DNA from: Asterias rubens | Taxonomy: Eukaryota | Direction: 5' to 3' | DNA: 64,000 nucleotides | Assembly: GCF_902459465.1 (NCBI RefSeq) | Contig: NC_047068.1 | Span: 20,088,001 to 20,152,000 of the forward strand | In this document: piece by piece, positions 10,963 to 23,200 of the stretch | Numbering within the stretch: the stretch's first letter is position 1 | How the letters are laid out: every line of letters begins with the position of its first letter | Notes under the pieces: generated by a model | Database searches by the model: none | Told to the model about the DNA's origin: nothing | Seen by the model: only the letters and a program-made list of their open reading frames with translations | Position numbers and translations under genes: made by a program

Positions 10963-11349
10963 TTAAAGGCAGTGGACACTATTGGTAATTGTCAAAGACT
11001 AGCCTTCACAGTTGGTGTATCTCAACATATGTATAACATAACAAACTAGTGAAAATTTGAGCTCAATCGGTCATCGAACTTGCGAGATAATAATGAAAGA
11101 AAAAAACACCCTTGTCACACGAAGTTGTGTGCGTTTAGATGGTTGATTTCGAGACCTCAAGTTCTAAATCCGAGGTCTCGAAATCAAATTCGTGGAAAAT
11201 TACTTCTTTCTCGAAAACTATGGCACTTCAGAGAGAGCCGTTTCGCACAATGTTTTATACCATCAACCTCTCCCCATTACTCGTCACCAAGAAAGGTTTT
11301 GTGCAAATAATTATTTTGAGTAATTACCAATAGTGTCCACTGCCTTTAA
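10963..11349 (+). mobile_element. Kolobok-type MITE family A, full-length young copy (reference)
   Basis: TTAA|AGGCAGTGGACACTATTGGTAATT ... AATTACCAATAGTGTCCACTGCCT|TTAA, with perfect TIRs and TTAA duplication. AG...CT termini fit Kolobok (Xenopus T2-MITE-like) rather than piggyBac (CC...GG). Confidence 0.9.
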
Positions 11350-11760
11350 GAATTGGATCTTGAAAAGGGGTGACATTGTGTACATTGAAAACATTACGAA
11401 TATCTTGAGGAAGTTCGTTCCAGGGAGAAGATCCAGCGTGTGTGAAAGAACAATCTCTAAATGTGTGAAATTTAAGAACAATTTGATGTTAATTGAAGGG
11501 CCGAAGATCACTAGGGGGTGATATTGAATGAACCGAGTATTGTACTAAGGTGCAGAACCTTGCAAGCAATGCAAAACAAGCAAAAGTAATTGAAATTCAA
11601 GTCTAGAAGGTATTTAGGTAGCCAGTGGAGAGATTAAAGCACTGATGTGACTTTTCTACATTAGATATTTCATTTTCAATCTTTAGACTTAAACTATTCA
11701 CAATAATTACAAGCTGGACAGGGGCTGCCAACGTTATACAAAAGTATACAAAATGTCATT

Positions 11761-12098
11761 TTAAAGGGTGCATGTACTTTCTGTAGGACAAATTACACAG
11801 TTTGAAGATAATGATAGTAGAAAGCTTCACTGAAAATATTACTTGCTGAGGGGCTGATGTTTTTGACAAATGAGTAAAGCAATCAGGACAATAATTTTCG
11901 TCTCAGTGATTATGAGACGAACAATATTTTAGCATTATATAAAGTATATTTCCATGACATTGTTTACTCATTTCTCAAAAGCTTCAGCAACTTATATTTT
12001 AAGATACGCTTTTGACTATCATCATCTTCAAACGGTGTAAGTTTAATGTAAATCTGTGGAATTTTGTTTTGTGTTACAAAAAAAAGTACCCAAACCCT
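11761..12098. mobile_element. TTAA MITE family C, diverged
   Basis: TTAA|AGGGTGCATGTACTTT ... AAAGTACCCAAACCCT. Homologues at 16058, 17201, 17411, 28372, 30498, 34035 and 57860. Confidence 0.65.
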
Positions 12099-12889
12099 GT
12101 GTAATTACAACCGACCCCTGCCAACGATAAAAAAATCATTTTATATTTATGAAACGGAGATTGCATTTAAACGCTTTGAAAATCACAAAACAATGTAGCA
12201 ACGGGGAGATAAAAACCATGAAACTAACACTTAGTGCCGTCGCGACACTTTCGTGTGTAACATCACTGAGTTACAAACCTTTATCTATAGGGTTACACAC
12301 AATCAACTTATAGAGAGCTCACTTAGAACTTGGCCTTGACAATGATTCGCGTGACTGGTTAAATGGGAACTCCGTGTGAATACTGACATGGTGGTTGAAT
12401 TTCCCAATCAAGCTCGTCCCCTTAACGACTTCAGATGTTATGGGGTTCGGATAAGATAAATGGTCTGGGTGGAGTGAACAAACGAGCATGAACAGTGCAA
12501 GATCATCACTGTGACGAAAAGGGCACTCGCCTTTAAAGGCTATTTAGATTGACGCAATACAAACAAGAAAGTAAAAGATGTATTGAATCTTTAAATGTGT
12601 TAAATTTCCACAGGTTACTCTGTCTGTCCTGTAAAGTTGCAAGTGCGTTGTAATCAGATTTGGCATGCCGCAATAAGACGCCATGCTTCAACAGAGGGCA
12701 GTGAACTTTCAAATTGTATGATTAACAGAAACTAATCGTATAAAAATAAAGGAAAAAGAATGCCTTCAAACAAACACAGACTCTTGCAATTTATTTTCTT
12801 CTGACAAAGTAACCTTCCCAGAGGAGCTTCTGCATCACGTGACCTGGCTCGTATGGTAAAGCCATGTTTTCTCCTCAAATTAATAGCAA

Positions 12890-13195
12890 CTTCTTTATGC
12901 GATTTGAGGCATTACATGGCGAGGTATCAAAATATATTTGGTTTGCGGTAACACCATGTGTGTATCTACTTGCCAGTAGATTTGGTTCTTTTGATAACTC
13001 GTCTTGCTTTATATTCTACTGCCACAGAGTAGATTTTGGAATTCGGGAGACTTCTCATTTCTGAAAAAGAACGGTCCTGCTCAACTACGAGCAGAAGGTA
13101 GCACATCGCCCGGACTACAATTGTGTGTTGATATCTTCAGTTAAAAAGCTACGGCCGAAAGCGCGCCAATACTTTGTCAATACTACAAACCGGTT
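12890..13195 (-). mobile_element. Dispersed repeat, probable Penelope-like terminal fragment
   Basis: Clearly homologous over ~260 bp to 30975-31238. Its reverse complement shares TTCAGAAxTGAGAAGTCTCCCGAA and AGATACACACATGxTGTTACCxCAAACCAAATAT...GATACCTC with 45530-45710, which carries a hammerhead-like core upstream. Confidence 0.55.
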
Positions 13196-13643
13196 CTGAA
13201 ACAAGAAATGTCCTGCTTTTAAACTATTGCCTGGGCGAATGAAGACAATCACCCAGGACTGTAAACTTGTTTACTGAAAGTCAGGCGTTTTTTTGTTAAA
13301 AGCACAGTGGAGATTTAATGACCAAGTTAACCCGTAAAGCAGCATGGAAAAATGGGTTATTGAATGGTTTATTTATGTCATTGCTTGGTTACGACTCGTG
13401 CATCGACAGAACATTACATTCCCGATAAATACATGTTAAGACATGCTACCTACGTCTGCACTGTGGGAAACTATTACAATCCTCTGTGGAATGTTATAGA
13501 GAGAAACAATTTGGCTTTAAAATGTTTTTTTTTGAAGCCACTAAAGTCACCCCTAAAATCAAAACTTAAAAGGCATCAATGTGGACATGTATCATTCCAG
13601 AGCCATTAGCATAGAAATATAATGTAGCGATACATCTATTCTC

Positions 13644-13999
13644 TTAAAGGCACTTTGATGGGCATCGTTTGTAAGTTTCAAAGACCGGTCTTCTTACTTG
13701 GTGTATCTCAACAAATACATCAAACAAACTAAAACTGTGAAAATTGGTCGTCGAAGTTGCAAAAGAATAATGAGTGGAAGATAAAACAGATGCCCCGAAT
13801 TTGAGACCTCGGCTGAGGTCTCGAATTCAGTTCAAATATTTTGGTGAGAAACAATTCTTTGTCACAAAGTATGTACTTCAGAGGGAGCCGTTTCTCGCAA
13901 TGTTTTATACTATCAGCAGCTTTCCATTGCTAATAACCAAGTAAGTTTTTATGCTAACAATTATTTTGAATAATTACCAGTAGTGTCCAGTGCCTTTAA
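13644..13999 (+). mobile_element. Kolobok-type MITE family A, diverged
   Basis: TTAA|AGGCACT ... AGTGTCCAGTGCCT|TTAA. Confidence 0.8.
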
Positions 14000-14884
14000 C
14001 TGAGCGGTATATTATTCATGCGTATCAATCATTTTTGTTCGGCCTGACACAAATATTCCGAAATAAATCGGGACAGGATAAAAAAACTGAACTTTTCCCG
14101 TCTGGGTGGAAACCTAGAAATTATTTTATATTTAATTGTCATCCAGTGAGGAAGAAAGCTTTTTACAAACGTAATAATACAATGGTCTGTGCTGGGTTAG
14201 TTTTTACTAGGCTTTTAGACATTTTTAATGAAACTCTCTTAAAACTTGTATGTACTAAAATGTAATAAAATTATGCCCAAATGTAGTATAGTTCCATTGG
14301 TTTGGTCACTTTATATAGCCCTTTGATCTTGGCAAAAAGGCGCTGTATAAATGCTTTCTTGAATGTTTATATGTAAGCATGTGTGTAAGTATAGCAACGG
14401 TTTCTGTTTTCCTTGGGCGAGATACAGGTTTTTTCCGAAATCGTGAACGGCACCAAAGATAAATTATGGAGATATCAAGGAAACATTGTGTCTGAATCTC
14501 AATGCACAAACTTGACTCAGGTTATAACGAACCAAACTAAAAAATAAGTACACTAAGCACAAACAGTAAGCAGAGTAAATGTAATAAATACAACATGGAG
14601 TTGTTTAAAAAAAAAAGGATAACCTTGTACAAAAACAGCCAGACAGAAGAAAAAACAGACAGCCGTGTGTTAACAGTAGGACAGACGAAAATAAAACTGA
14701 TAGACACAAGATAGATAAGAGTTAATACAACGAATTCGTAATAATCGAAAAGATGGCAGAACAGTTCAAGCCGAAGTGATATGAAATACATAGGATAGAA
14801 CAAGGATTTATAAGTGGATGTGATTGAGTTAAATCATTGAGGAATGATCTATACACACTGTTGTCCCGTTCAATCGATGCTACA

Positions 14885-15894
14885 CTATGTTGATTTATAG
14901 TCAATCATCCTCAAATTTAATCTGAATTACCATGTGTACGCAGACGACACTCAGCTATACATCACGTTTAAATCTTCTCAAAAAACGCCAATGCATCTAT
15001 TGCAAGACTTGAGAAATGCATCCAAGAGATTCGACGGTGGACACAACAAAACTTCCTGAAGTTAAGTGATGATAAGACAGAGTTCCTTTATTTGGGTCAC
15101 GTCAACAGTTCACTAAGGTTTCAGTGCCATACATCTCCATCGGTGATGCTCGGATAGCTCTCTCGCTGAAAGCTCGGAACTTGGGTTTTTGTTTTGATTC
15201 ATCGATGACACTTCAGCCACACATCAACAATATTGTTCGATTATCATCATATCACATCAGGAATATAGGTAAGATTCGCAAGTACTTGGACAAAAGTGCC
15301 ACTGAAAAGGTCATTCATGCATTTGTTACTTCTCGTCTTGACAACGGCAATGCTCTTCTCTACAGTCTTCCTAACAACCAGATTTCCCGACTTCAACGGC
15401 TCCAAAATACTGCTGCCCGCATTGTGACACTGTCTAGAAAATCCTGTTCTATCACCCCCATTCTGAAACAACTACACTGGCTCCCTATCTCTCAACGAAT
15501 CATCTTCAAGCTGATGCTCATTGTCCACAAAGCTCTAAATGGCAAGGCTCCCCACTATATTTCTAAAACTGCTTCAAGTTTACACTCCATCAAGGAATCT
15601 TCGTTTAAGTTCCATGCTTCTCCTCATTGAACCCAAGTCTCGACACTCATGGGGTGACAGGTCTTTTTCTTCAGCCGCGCCACGCATCTGGAACTCTCTA
15701 CCACTTAATCTTCGATCTTGTGTTTGTACCGCAAAATTCAAGTCTCTTCTCAAAACTTATCTTATGTCACAGGTTTTCAATGACTAATTTTGTTGTGTCT
15801 GTTTTTCTTTGTGTTGTGTTTTGTTTTTGTTTTTGTTTTTGGTTTTACTGCGCCTTGAACACCCAGCAGGGTGGATATGTGCGCATTACAAGTC

Positions 15895-15965
<71 letters not shown>
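14885..15965 (+). mobile_element. 5'-truncated L2/Crack-type (CR1 group) LINE: decayed RT C-terminus, 3' UTR and (ATT)n tail
   Basis: HVYADDTQLYITF RT motif at ~14930; SRLDNGNALLYSLP, RLQRLQNTAARIV, ITPILKQLHWLPISQRIIFK; GDRSFSSAAPRIWNSLP...FKSLLKTYL. Frameshifts are present. It ends with GCGCATTACAAGTC followed by (ATT)~23. Confidence 0.9.
15896..15965. repeat. (ATT)n microsatellite, LINE tail
   Basis: About 23 perfect ATT units. Confidence 0.95.
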
Positions 15966-15968
<3 letters not shown>

Positions 15969-16057
15969 CAATGTTGGAAACTGTGTTATCGTTATCTCAT
16001 GATCGGTTTACCCTTGTTCGACCGATTATGTTTCATTATTGTATACAATCACCCGTT

Positions 16058-16590
16058 GTAAAGGGTGTAGGTATTTTCTGTACGACATAAAACACAAACG
16101 TCCACATAAATTTAAATTAAAGACACTGGACACTATTGGTAACTGTCACACACCAGTCTGCTCACTTGCCGTATCTCAACATATGCATGAAATAACAAAC
16201 TTGTGAAAATTTGATCTCAATCGGTCATCGAAGATGCGAAATATGAATGGGAAAAAAAAACCTTGTCAAACGAAGTTGTGTGCTTTTAGATGCTTGATTT
16301 CGAGACCTCAAATTCTAAATCGGAGGTCTCGAAATCAAATTCGTGGAAAATTACTTCTCTCTTGAAAACTACATCACTTCAGAGGGGGCCGTTTCTCACA
16401 ATGTTTTATAACATCAACAGCTCCCCGTTACTTGTCACCAAGTAGGGTTTTATGCAAATAATTATTTTGAGTAATTACCAATAGTGTCCACTGCCTTTAA
16501 AGATAATGATATTGTAAAGTCGAGTCCCCTTGATAGCATTATTGGAGTGCAAGAAAACTTGACCATACAGAAGGTATCAAAACCCTTTAA
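16058..16590. mobile_element. Family C MITE split by a nested family A MITE
   Basis: Family C left end at 16058-16116 and right end (AAGGTATCAAAACCCTTTAA) at 16570-16590 flank a complete family A copy. Confidence 0.65.
16117..16500 (+). mobile_element. Kolobok-type MITE family A, full-length
   Basis: TTAA|AGACACTGGACACTATTGG ... CCAATAGTGTCCACTGCCT|TTAA. Confidence 0.9.
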
Positions 16591-16747
16591 CCGATTTACG
16601 GAAGTTTTCAATCATTTATTAATTGCTTCCACAATGATGTCCAATGTTTGATTGCTTGTGTACAGTGCTGTAAGCCAATCAATAATTTACCACTGTTTAC
16701 TGATTTTCTCACCTTGTTCACCGCGTTATCAACGACGCACAGACCTG

Positions 16748-16970
16748 GGCCCAATTTCATGGCTCTGCTTACCGCCGAATCCGCGCTTACGATCACCGTT
16801 CGCCGCTTACCGTTGTAGGCAAAGAATGCCTAGTAACGTGGAGTATACGCACTCGCAACAGCCGAACTTCCCCGCTAACCCGTGAAATACGCTTGACGTA
16901 AGCGCAGAATCCCATGCTTCCGCAAGCGCCTATTGTTTGCTTACGGCAAGCAGAGCCATTAAATGTGGCC
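16748..16970. mobile_element. Harbinger-type MITE family H3
   Basis: CTG|GGCCCAATTTCATGGCTCTGCTTACC ... GGCAAGCAGAGCCATTAAATGTGGCC|(T)CTG. Confidence 0.75.
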
Positions 16971-17200
16971 TCTGTCGAGCAGTTTTCCATCAGTTCGACA
17001 CCCCGAGACATTACTCCACTCATGCTCTGCTATAGTGTGGCCGAACAATGTTTGTACCTAATGTTATCGTGTATACAAAATAATGATTCGTAATCTTTCG
17101 TTGTACACTGCGAAAACTAGGGTGTTGAAATTGACAGTAACACAATATAGGGTGTGAAAATAACACCAATGTAAATGTGTTGGCAGATATAAGTGTTAAT

Positions 17201-17731
17201 TTAAAGGGTGATGATACCCTTTTTTGTAGATAAAGGTTATGGCTATGACATGAATCCCTACTCACTGTGAGTGAAGAATTCTACCTGTGGTAGTTTCAGC
17301 TCCATTAGCTGTCAAGTTATCGAGAACAAAAGTGAAAATCAAAGAGCAAACATGCATGCAGCGTGTGAAAGAAATACCAGTGAAATTGTGTTGGCAGATA
17401 TAAGTGTTAATTTATAGGTTGTTGGTACCTTTTGTAGATCAAGGTTTTGGCCATGACATTACTTCCTACTAACTGTGAAAGAGATGTATGTAGTTTAATG
17501 TACCTGTAGAAGTTTCAGCTTCATAAGTCTTTGTGAGCAATGTTTCAGGAAGGTCGAGAAGTTGTACATGCTAAAATCCTCCATTGGATGACAATTCTTG
17601 TCATGACATTGTTTTGCACTTTCTTCAAAAACTACTTCACAGAAATGTTTAAAGGGAAGCTGGTTATCTTCATAAGTTTAATGCAAATTGTGAACATTGT
17701 GTTCAGTACAAAAAGTACCCAAATCCTATAA
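17201..17731. mobile_element. Two tandem family C MITE copies
   Basis: Left ends at 17201 and ~17411, each preceded by the same 28 bp flank. Right end AAAAGTACCCAAATCCTATAA at ~17731. Confidence 0.6.
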
Positions 17732-18226
17732 CACCCTAAACTTTGATTGACATGTTGATGTTTATATGTGACAACACCCATAATTCGACTATACAAGCAG
17801 TTCATGTCAATACTTTAAATTAATATTTGAAGTTGTTATAAAACCAAAGACAGACGCACACGAAGTGAACGCAATTAAGTTGTGCATTATTACCTGCTAA
17901 AGTCCGTCTGCCCCGAATCATTGTCGGCCATCTGATATAAATACAATATTTTGGCATCACAACCGAGGATTCTTGGCATTTTATCCCTTTTGATCTATTT
18001 CCACCGATCAATAAATTCATCTTTATAGATGCTTCGCACGTTTTGTAAGGTTATTTTCCTACCGCTAGAGCGCCCGACAGCTGAGTACAATATTATACGC
18101 CACGGTTTATAATATCCCTATTTCGGTGACTCAATACACCTCAAAACTAAAGTGTTCAGCTCAGGTCCCTGGTGAGCTACCTTTGGCTGGTAATGGAACA
18201 CTTATACTTCATCTTATTTTTAATTT

Positions 18227-18606
18227 TTAAAGACACTGGACACCTTTCGTAATTGTCAAAGACCAGTCTTCTCACTTCGTGTTTTTCAACTCAAGCACAA
18301 AATAACAAACCTGTGAAAATTTGAACTCAATTGGTCGTCGAAGTTGCGAGTTAATTTATGGACTAAAAACACACTTGTCAAACGAAGTTGTGTGCTCTCT
18401 CAGACTTGATTTCAGGACCTCAAACTCAAATTCTGGGCTCACGAAATCAAATTCAAATGCATTTTCTCGAAAACTACCTTATTTCAGAAGGGGCCGTTTT
18501 TCACAATGTTTTTTTACTATCAACAGCTCTCCATTGCTTTTTACCTAGTCAGTTTTTATGCTAAAAACTAGTTTGAGTAATTACCAATAGTGTCCAGTGC
18601 CTTTAA
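18227..18606 (+). mobile_element. Kolobok-type MITE family A, full-length
   Basis: TTAA-flanked, both TIRs present. Confidence 0.85.
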
Positions 18607-19111
18607 GGTGTATATAACTAAGTTTGGGAATTTGGTGCTTTCGTTCATGAAGCTACTATGGCTAGTGGCGTAATAAGGTAAACAGAAAGTTTGGCCGGTG
18701 ATTCAGCAATTGAATTTTCTGTTTAGAGGATAATTTGAGGATGTAAGAGTAAATTAAAGTCTGGTTCCTGTACCAGCATTGGTATTACATTGGTAAGAAT
18801 CAAACAAAGACAGTCAGACGATGTGTATGTTGTGGTCAGCCCTTATCGTGCCCCTGTGCTCATTTTCGGTACCTTCTGGAGACCAAGGCAAAACAACAAA
18901 GGGGAAAATAAAAGGACCCCACAGGGAAGTTCTAAAGACCGGGGTGCTCCACAAGAAATGTTGTGTACAAAGTCTACGGGAAAAATCTTTAGTACAGGGA
19001 CAATGGAGACAACAAAAGATGTATCCACAGGGATGTATGTTTGAAAACGATGTGCATACCTCAATTAGAGAAAAGATTTTACTGTGCATTTAAAAATGCA
19101 CAGAAATACGA

Positions 19112-19508
19112 TCAAAGGCAGTTAACACTATTGGTACTTGTCAAAGACTAGCCTTCACAGTTAGTGTATCTCAACATATGCATAAAATAACAAACCTGTG
19201 AAAATTTGAGCCCAATCGGTCTTCGAACTTGCGAGATAATAATGAAAGAAAAAACAAAACACTGTCACACGAAGTTGTGTGCGTTTAGATGGTTGATTTC
19301 GAGACCTCAAGTTCTAAATCTGAGGTCTCGAAATCAAATTCGTGGAAAATTACATCTTCCTCGAAAACTATGTCACTTCAGAGGGAGCCGTTTCTCACAA
19401 TGTTCTATACCATCAACCTCTCCCCATTACTCGTCACAAAGAAAGGTAAGAAAGGTTTTATGCTAATAATTATTTTGAGTAATTACCAATAGTGTCCACT
19501 GCCTTTAA
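19112..19508 (+). mobile_element. Kolobok-type MITE family A, full-length young subtype
   Basis: Very similar to the 10963 copy. The left flank is TCAA and the right flank is TTAA. Confidence 0.9.
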
Positions 19509-20021
19509 AGTCACCTGGAAGTGGTATTTTTTCAAAATAAAGCTTTTGTCACTAATATATGTGTTTGGATGAGTGGAATGTGAATAAACAGTTAACTATG
19601 GTTTTAAAAATCAGTTCTTATGTTATTTACAAATTTAAGAGTAGACCCCGACCCGAGAGGGTGCTGTTCGTGACGTCAATTGAGGCAGACTTTGCCTGTA
19701 ATGCGTAGAGTAAACACAATTGCAAAGAACATGCACGGACCAAGTCGTGAGTTTGTACGTTTTTTCCGGCAATGCCGACCAGGTGTACTGCTGCTGAATG
19801 CAGAAAAGCACTTTTTGAAATGTATACGCATTGCAGGCAAAGTCTGCCTCGATTGACGTCACAAAAGGGGTAGGCGGAGTCAGCCCCCCAAACAACTTTA
19901 TATTTTTTTTAAACATATAAATCGTGACAAACAATTACTAAAAAAATTGTTTTATTGTTTGTAAGCATATAGTACTCTTATGTTTAAAAGAAAAAAAAAA
20001 TCTATTTCCAGGTGACTTTAA
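19505..20021. mobile_element. TTAA MITE family B (Kolobok-type) with internal inverted repeat
   Basis: TTAA|AGTCACCTGGAA ... TTCCAGGTGACT|TTAA. Internal arms GTGACGTCAATTGAGGCAGACTTTGCCTGTAATGCGTA (~19669) and its near-perfect reverse complement (~19823-19861). Confidence 0.85.
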
Positions 20022-20022
20022 G

Positions 20023-20290
20023 AGACATCACAAGGATAATAAAACAAGCTAAAGGGAGATTGGCTGGACACAGTGCCTAAATGACAACAGATGGATAACA
20101 AGCATAATGGACGGGCAACCAAGGACAGGGAAAAGGACAAGAGGTAGACATAAAAGAAGATGGAGAGATGACATTATGCAGGAGCAATATGGACAAGAAC
20201 TGTAATGAATACAAACGAAAGGCGTCGACGTGATGAGGGCTACATCCTACCTAGCTAAACTTAGCCTAAAATAATGATGATGATGACGAT
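20023..20290 (+). mobile_element. RTE-clade LINE 3' fragment
   Basis: Decayed translation IIKQAKGRLAGHSA / DNRWITSIMDGQPRTGKRTRGRHKRRWRDDIM, the characteristic RTE C-terminus (W.GH...R.RGRP..RW.D), followed by a (GAT)n tail. Confidence 0.8.
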
Positions 20291-23200
20291 TAAATCCAAT
20301 TTGTCCTCAATGCAAAATTCCAAACAAACGTATATACAGCACTGCCATCATTTGCATCCTTGAAATCAGCGAGATTGTGTATAACAATCGGGAAGATGTT
20401 TGAATTATACATTCAACATATTAACAGGAATCAAGTCTCCATAATCACGTACGTATTTTTTTTTTCATTAGAAAGTAGCTCGGTTTATTTTCAAGGAATT
20501 TTCTGCAGAATCATGCACTGCAAACAAGGAGACATGACAAACAGGTAACAAGAAAACAAAAACAGACTGGGTTGTTATGACAGAAATATGTATACACTAA
20601 AACTGCAGCAGGACCAAGACAAAATTGGTTAATAACATTGAGCTGGACTGACTATATGAGAGCTACATGCCACATACTAGGAGAGCAATAAAAAGGAAGT
20701 GAGTCTATACTTATATAATTTGAGAAGAAGAAACATTCAACTGTAAAATGTGAGCTTAGTCGAAGCATCATTTTAACAAACTATAAACGAGATTAGTCAA
20801 AGCAGTGATTGCTGATATATACAGGTGTGCAATACTATTTAACGTTGGGTGATGTTAAAGACGTTATTTAGGGCAGGGCACGTGGACTGCCCAGTCATTT
20901 CTGAAATAGTACACTTTACATCAACATGGTCACTTCCTTTAAGTGCAGTGGGAAAGGTGTTTCGTTCGCCATTTTGTCTTACCCGGGAGTCTAACAAAAC
21001 AATGCCGTTGCAAGATGAAACAGTAATTTCACATGAAAAAAAAACTTTAATTAGATCTTGGTGGGTACCCGACGGGTGATTTGAATTCCAAAAGCAACTC
21101 AGAACTGCAATAAATTTTTACCAGCCGCGAGGTTATATATCCATCTAAACTTTACGTTTGCTACGCGCACCTGTAATCCAATGCCATTGCCTCTGGTATA
21201 CCCCTGTTGCACAGACATATCAATACATGGGGAAGTTACGCTAAGATTTCCGAGGGAAGATGTTGGCTGGTCCTGGGTGCCTGAACACCGAGTACGAACG
21301 AGCAATCGATGGGAGAGACCCATCGGCCTCTCCCGGTCCAATAATTGTTTAAACCGGTATTTGAAGGTCATGCCATTTTTTTTACGTATACGCTAAAAGA
21401 AACTTTCCTCGATTATTTTTCCTCTACTTTTTTTCTACTTTAGAATAGGCCCACAGGTTATAATTCAATGTAGTATGCTTTGTTTTCATTCGACCGAGTG
21501 CTAATTTTGCTAAGGGCTTACAACTGGTTTAATAAAAAGTTTATCCAGAGAATCAATAGCATGGGGATAAAAACTACATGGCTGGCAGGGAAATATTTGA
21601 AAAATCTATAGTTACGTCTTACACGTGTATATGATGAAGACATTCTTTTGAAAGTTTGGTGGAAACCAGACTAAAAGGTAAACTAGTCTATAAAAAAAAT
21701 TAAAAATAAAAATAATAATAAAAACACCGCATCTTTAAAAGGCTCCAAACCATTTGTTTGTGCACATTTTAGCAACTTTAAAAAGGTTACAATATGCAAA
21801 ACCAAATTTAAAACCAAAGTAGCCATAATATGAAAAAATGAAGTAAATGCATACTAATTGTTTTACTGAATTTATAAATCAGATTCAAATGTTTGACGAC
21901 TAATGAAGCTGAAACTTCTACAGGTAAATTGTATAATAACACATCTTCATTCACAGGAATTCATGCCATGGCCATGAATTTGATGTCCAAAAGGTATCAA
22001 CCGTGTAGGTCGATCTGTATTATCAACAGTCATAAATAGAAAGAACCCGTGAGAATTGGCCATCAAAGGAAGCGACTGATGAAACCGTTATAGAAACATT
22101 CATGACCTTGTTATATTCCTGATGAATTGTCTTGGCTGCTTGTTGTGGGGACAACGAAACGGCAAAGCGATTATCCACGACTGATTGCTATAGGCTGGTA
22201 CTCCCTACTGAGCTTATATCGTATATGGGAACATGATGGTGCTTTTAAAGTATATAATAGCGATAAATATTAAAAGAAACTGTATGTGGCACAACGTAAA
22301 AAAAAATCTTCTTATGGCAGCAATAGTTGTTTGGTATTTAAAGATTGCCATTATAGTTTTGTACAGCAGATATCAATGTTACTTTTCGATATTTGGACAT
22401 TGGATGTTTATATAGGTTTATACAGAGAATAATTACAAGTACTTTGCACATCGATATTGGATATTGGACATTCACTCAAGCCTATTTGAATGTCCAATAC
22501 CAAAATCAAAAAAATAGGCAAGCGTCAATATTGTAATATTAATAGGCAAGCGTCAAAGCCCTAACATTGTATTGCCACCATGTTGTGACATGAAGTTTAC
22601 CCTCAAGGCCGAGGTATTGCTATATATCGGCTTGTTGTCACTGGTGGTTATTTCATGTGGTGTTTTTACCTTTTTGTGCATTATGGATTGGCCTACTTGG
22701 ACGAAAATATTGTAGAAGCCTGATTGGTGGTACGGGTTACAGAGACAATACTAATTGGGTTTCTGTTCTTCTTCATCACATTACGGTAAATCCGGTTCAT
22801 ACTTCCTGAGAACACGAATTTTGACGTCACATTTGCAACGAATTTTACAATGAATAATTCGTAAAATGTTGAAAAAGGGCTGTGTCGTCTAAATTAACTT
22901 TGCATTTGCAATTCCATGATGTAAGAACATTGCTTATAACGCACGCAAAACGTTTGTAATTTACTATTGATCAACTGTTTAAATGGGGACTATTAACAAA
23001 CGGCATTCTTACCATTGGATTGGACACTTAAGGCCCGGTTTGTGGTCGTTCGGTAATAGGTTAAAAGAGGAGGATTCCTAAACCAAAACAAACATTATAG
23101 TCATTAAGGCTCCAATGAGTCATCTTAGATGAATAGGATAGTTTAATTTGTATTAATTGAGATGCATTTCCCCTGGCTAGTTACATGGAACCCCGTGGGT

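Noticed and set aside
11080-11333. Recurring short ORFs such as MVDFETSSSKSEVSKSNSWKITSF and MRDNNERKKHPCHTKLCAF
   Set aside because: They recur only because they are chance frames in the family A MITE. They have no transposase motifs, and the frames break between copies.
15627-16061. Poly-Ile and poly-Asn ORFs
   Set aside because: Translations of the (ATT)n LINE tail.
22075-22110. Hammerhead candidate CTGATGA...GAAAC
   Set aside because: No credible stem II or stem I pairing.
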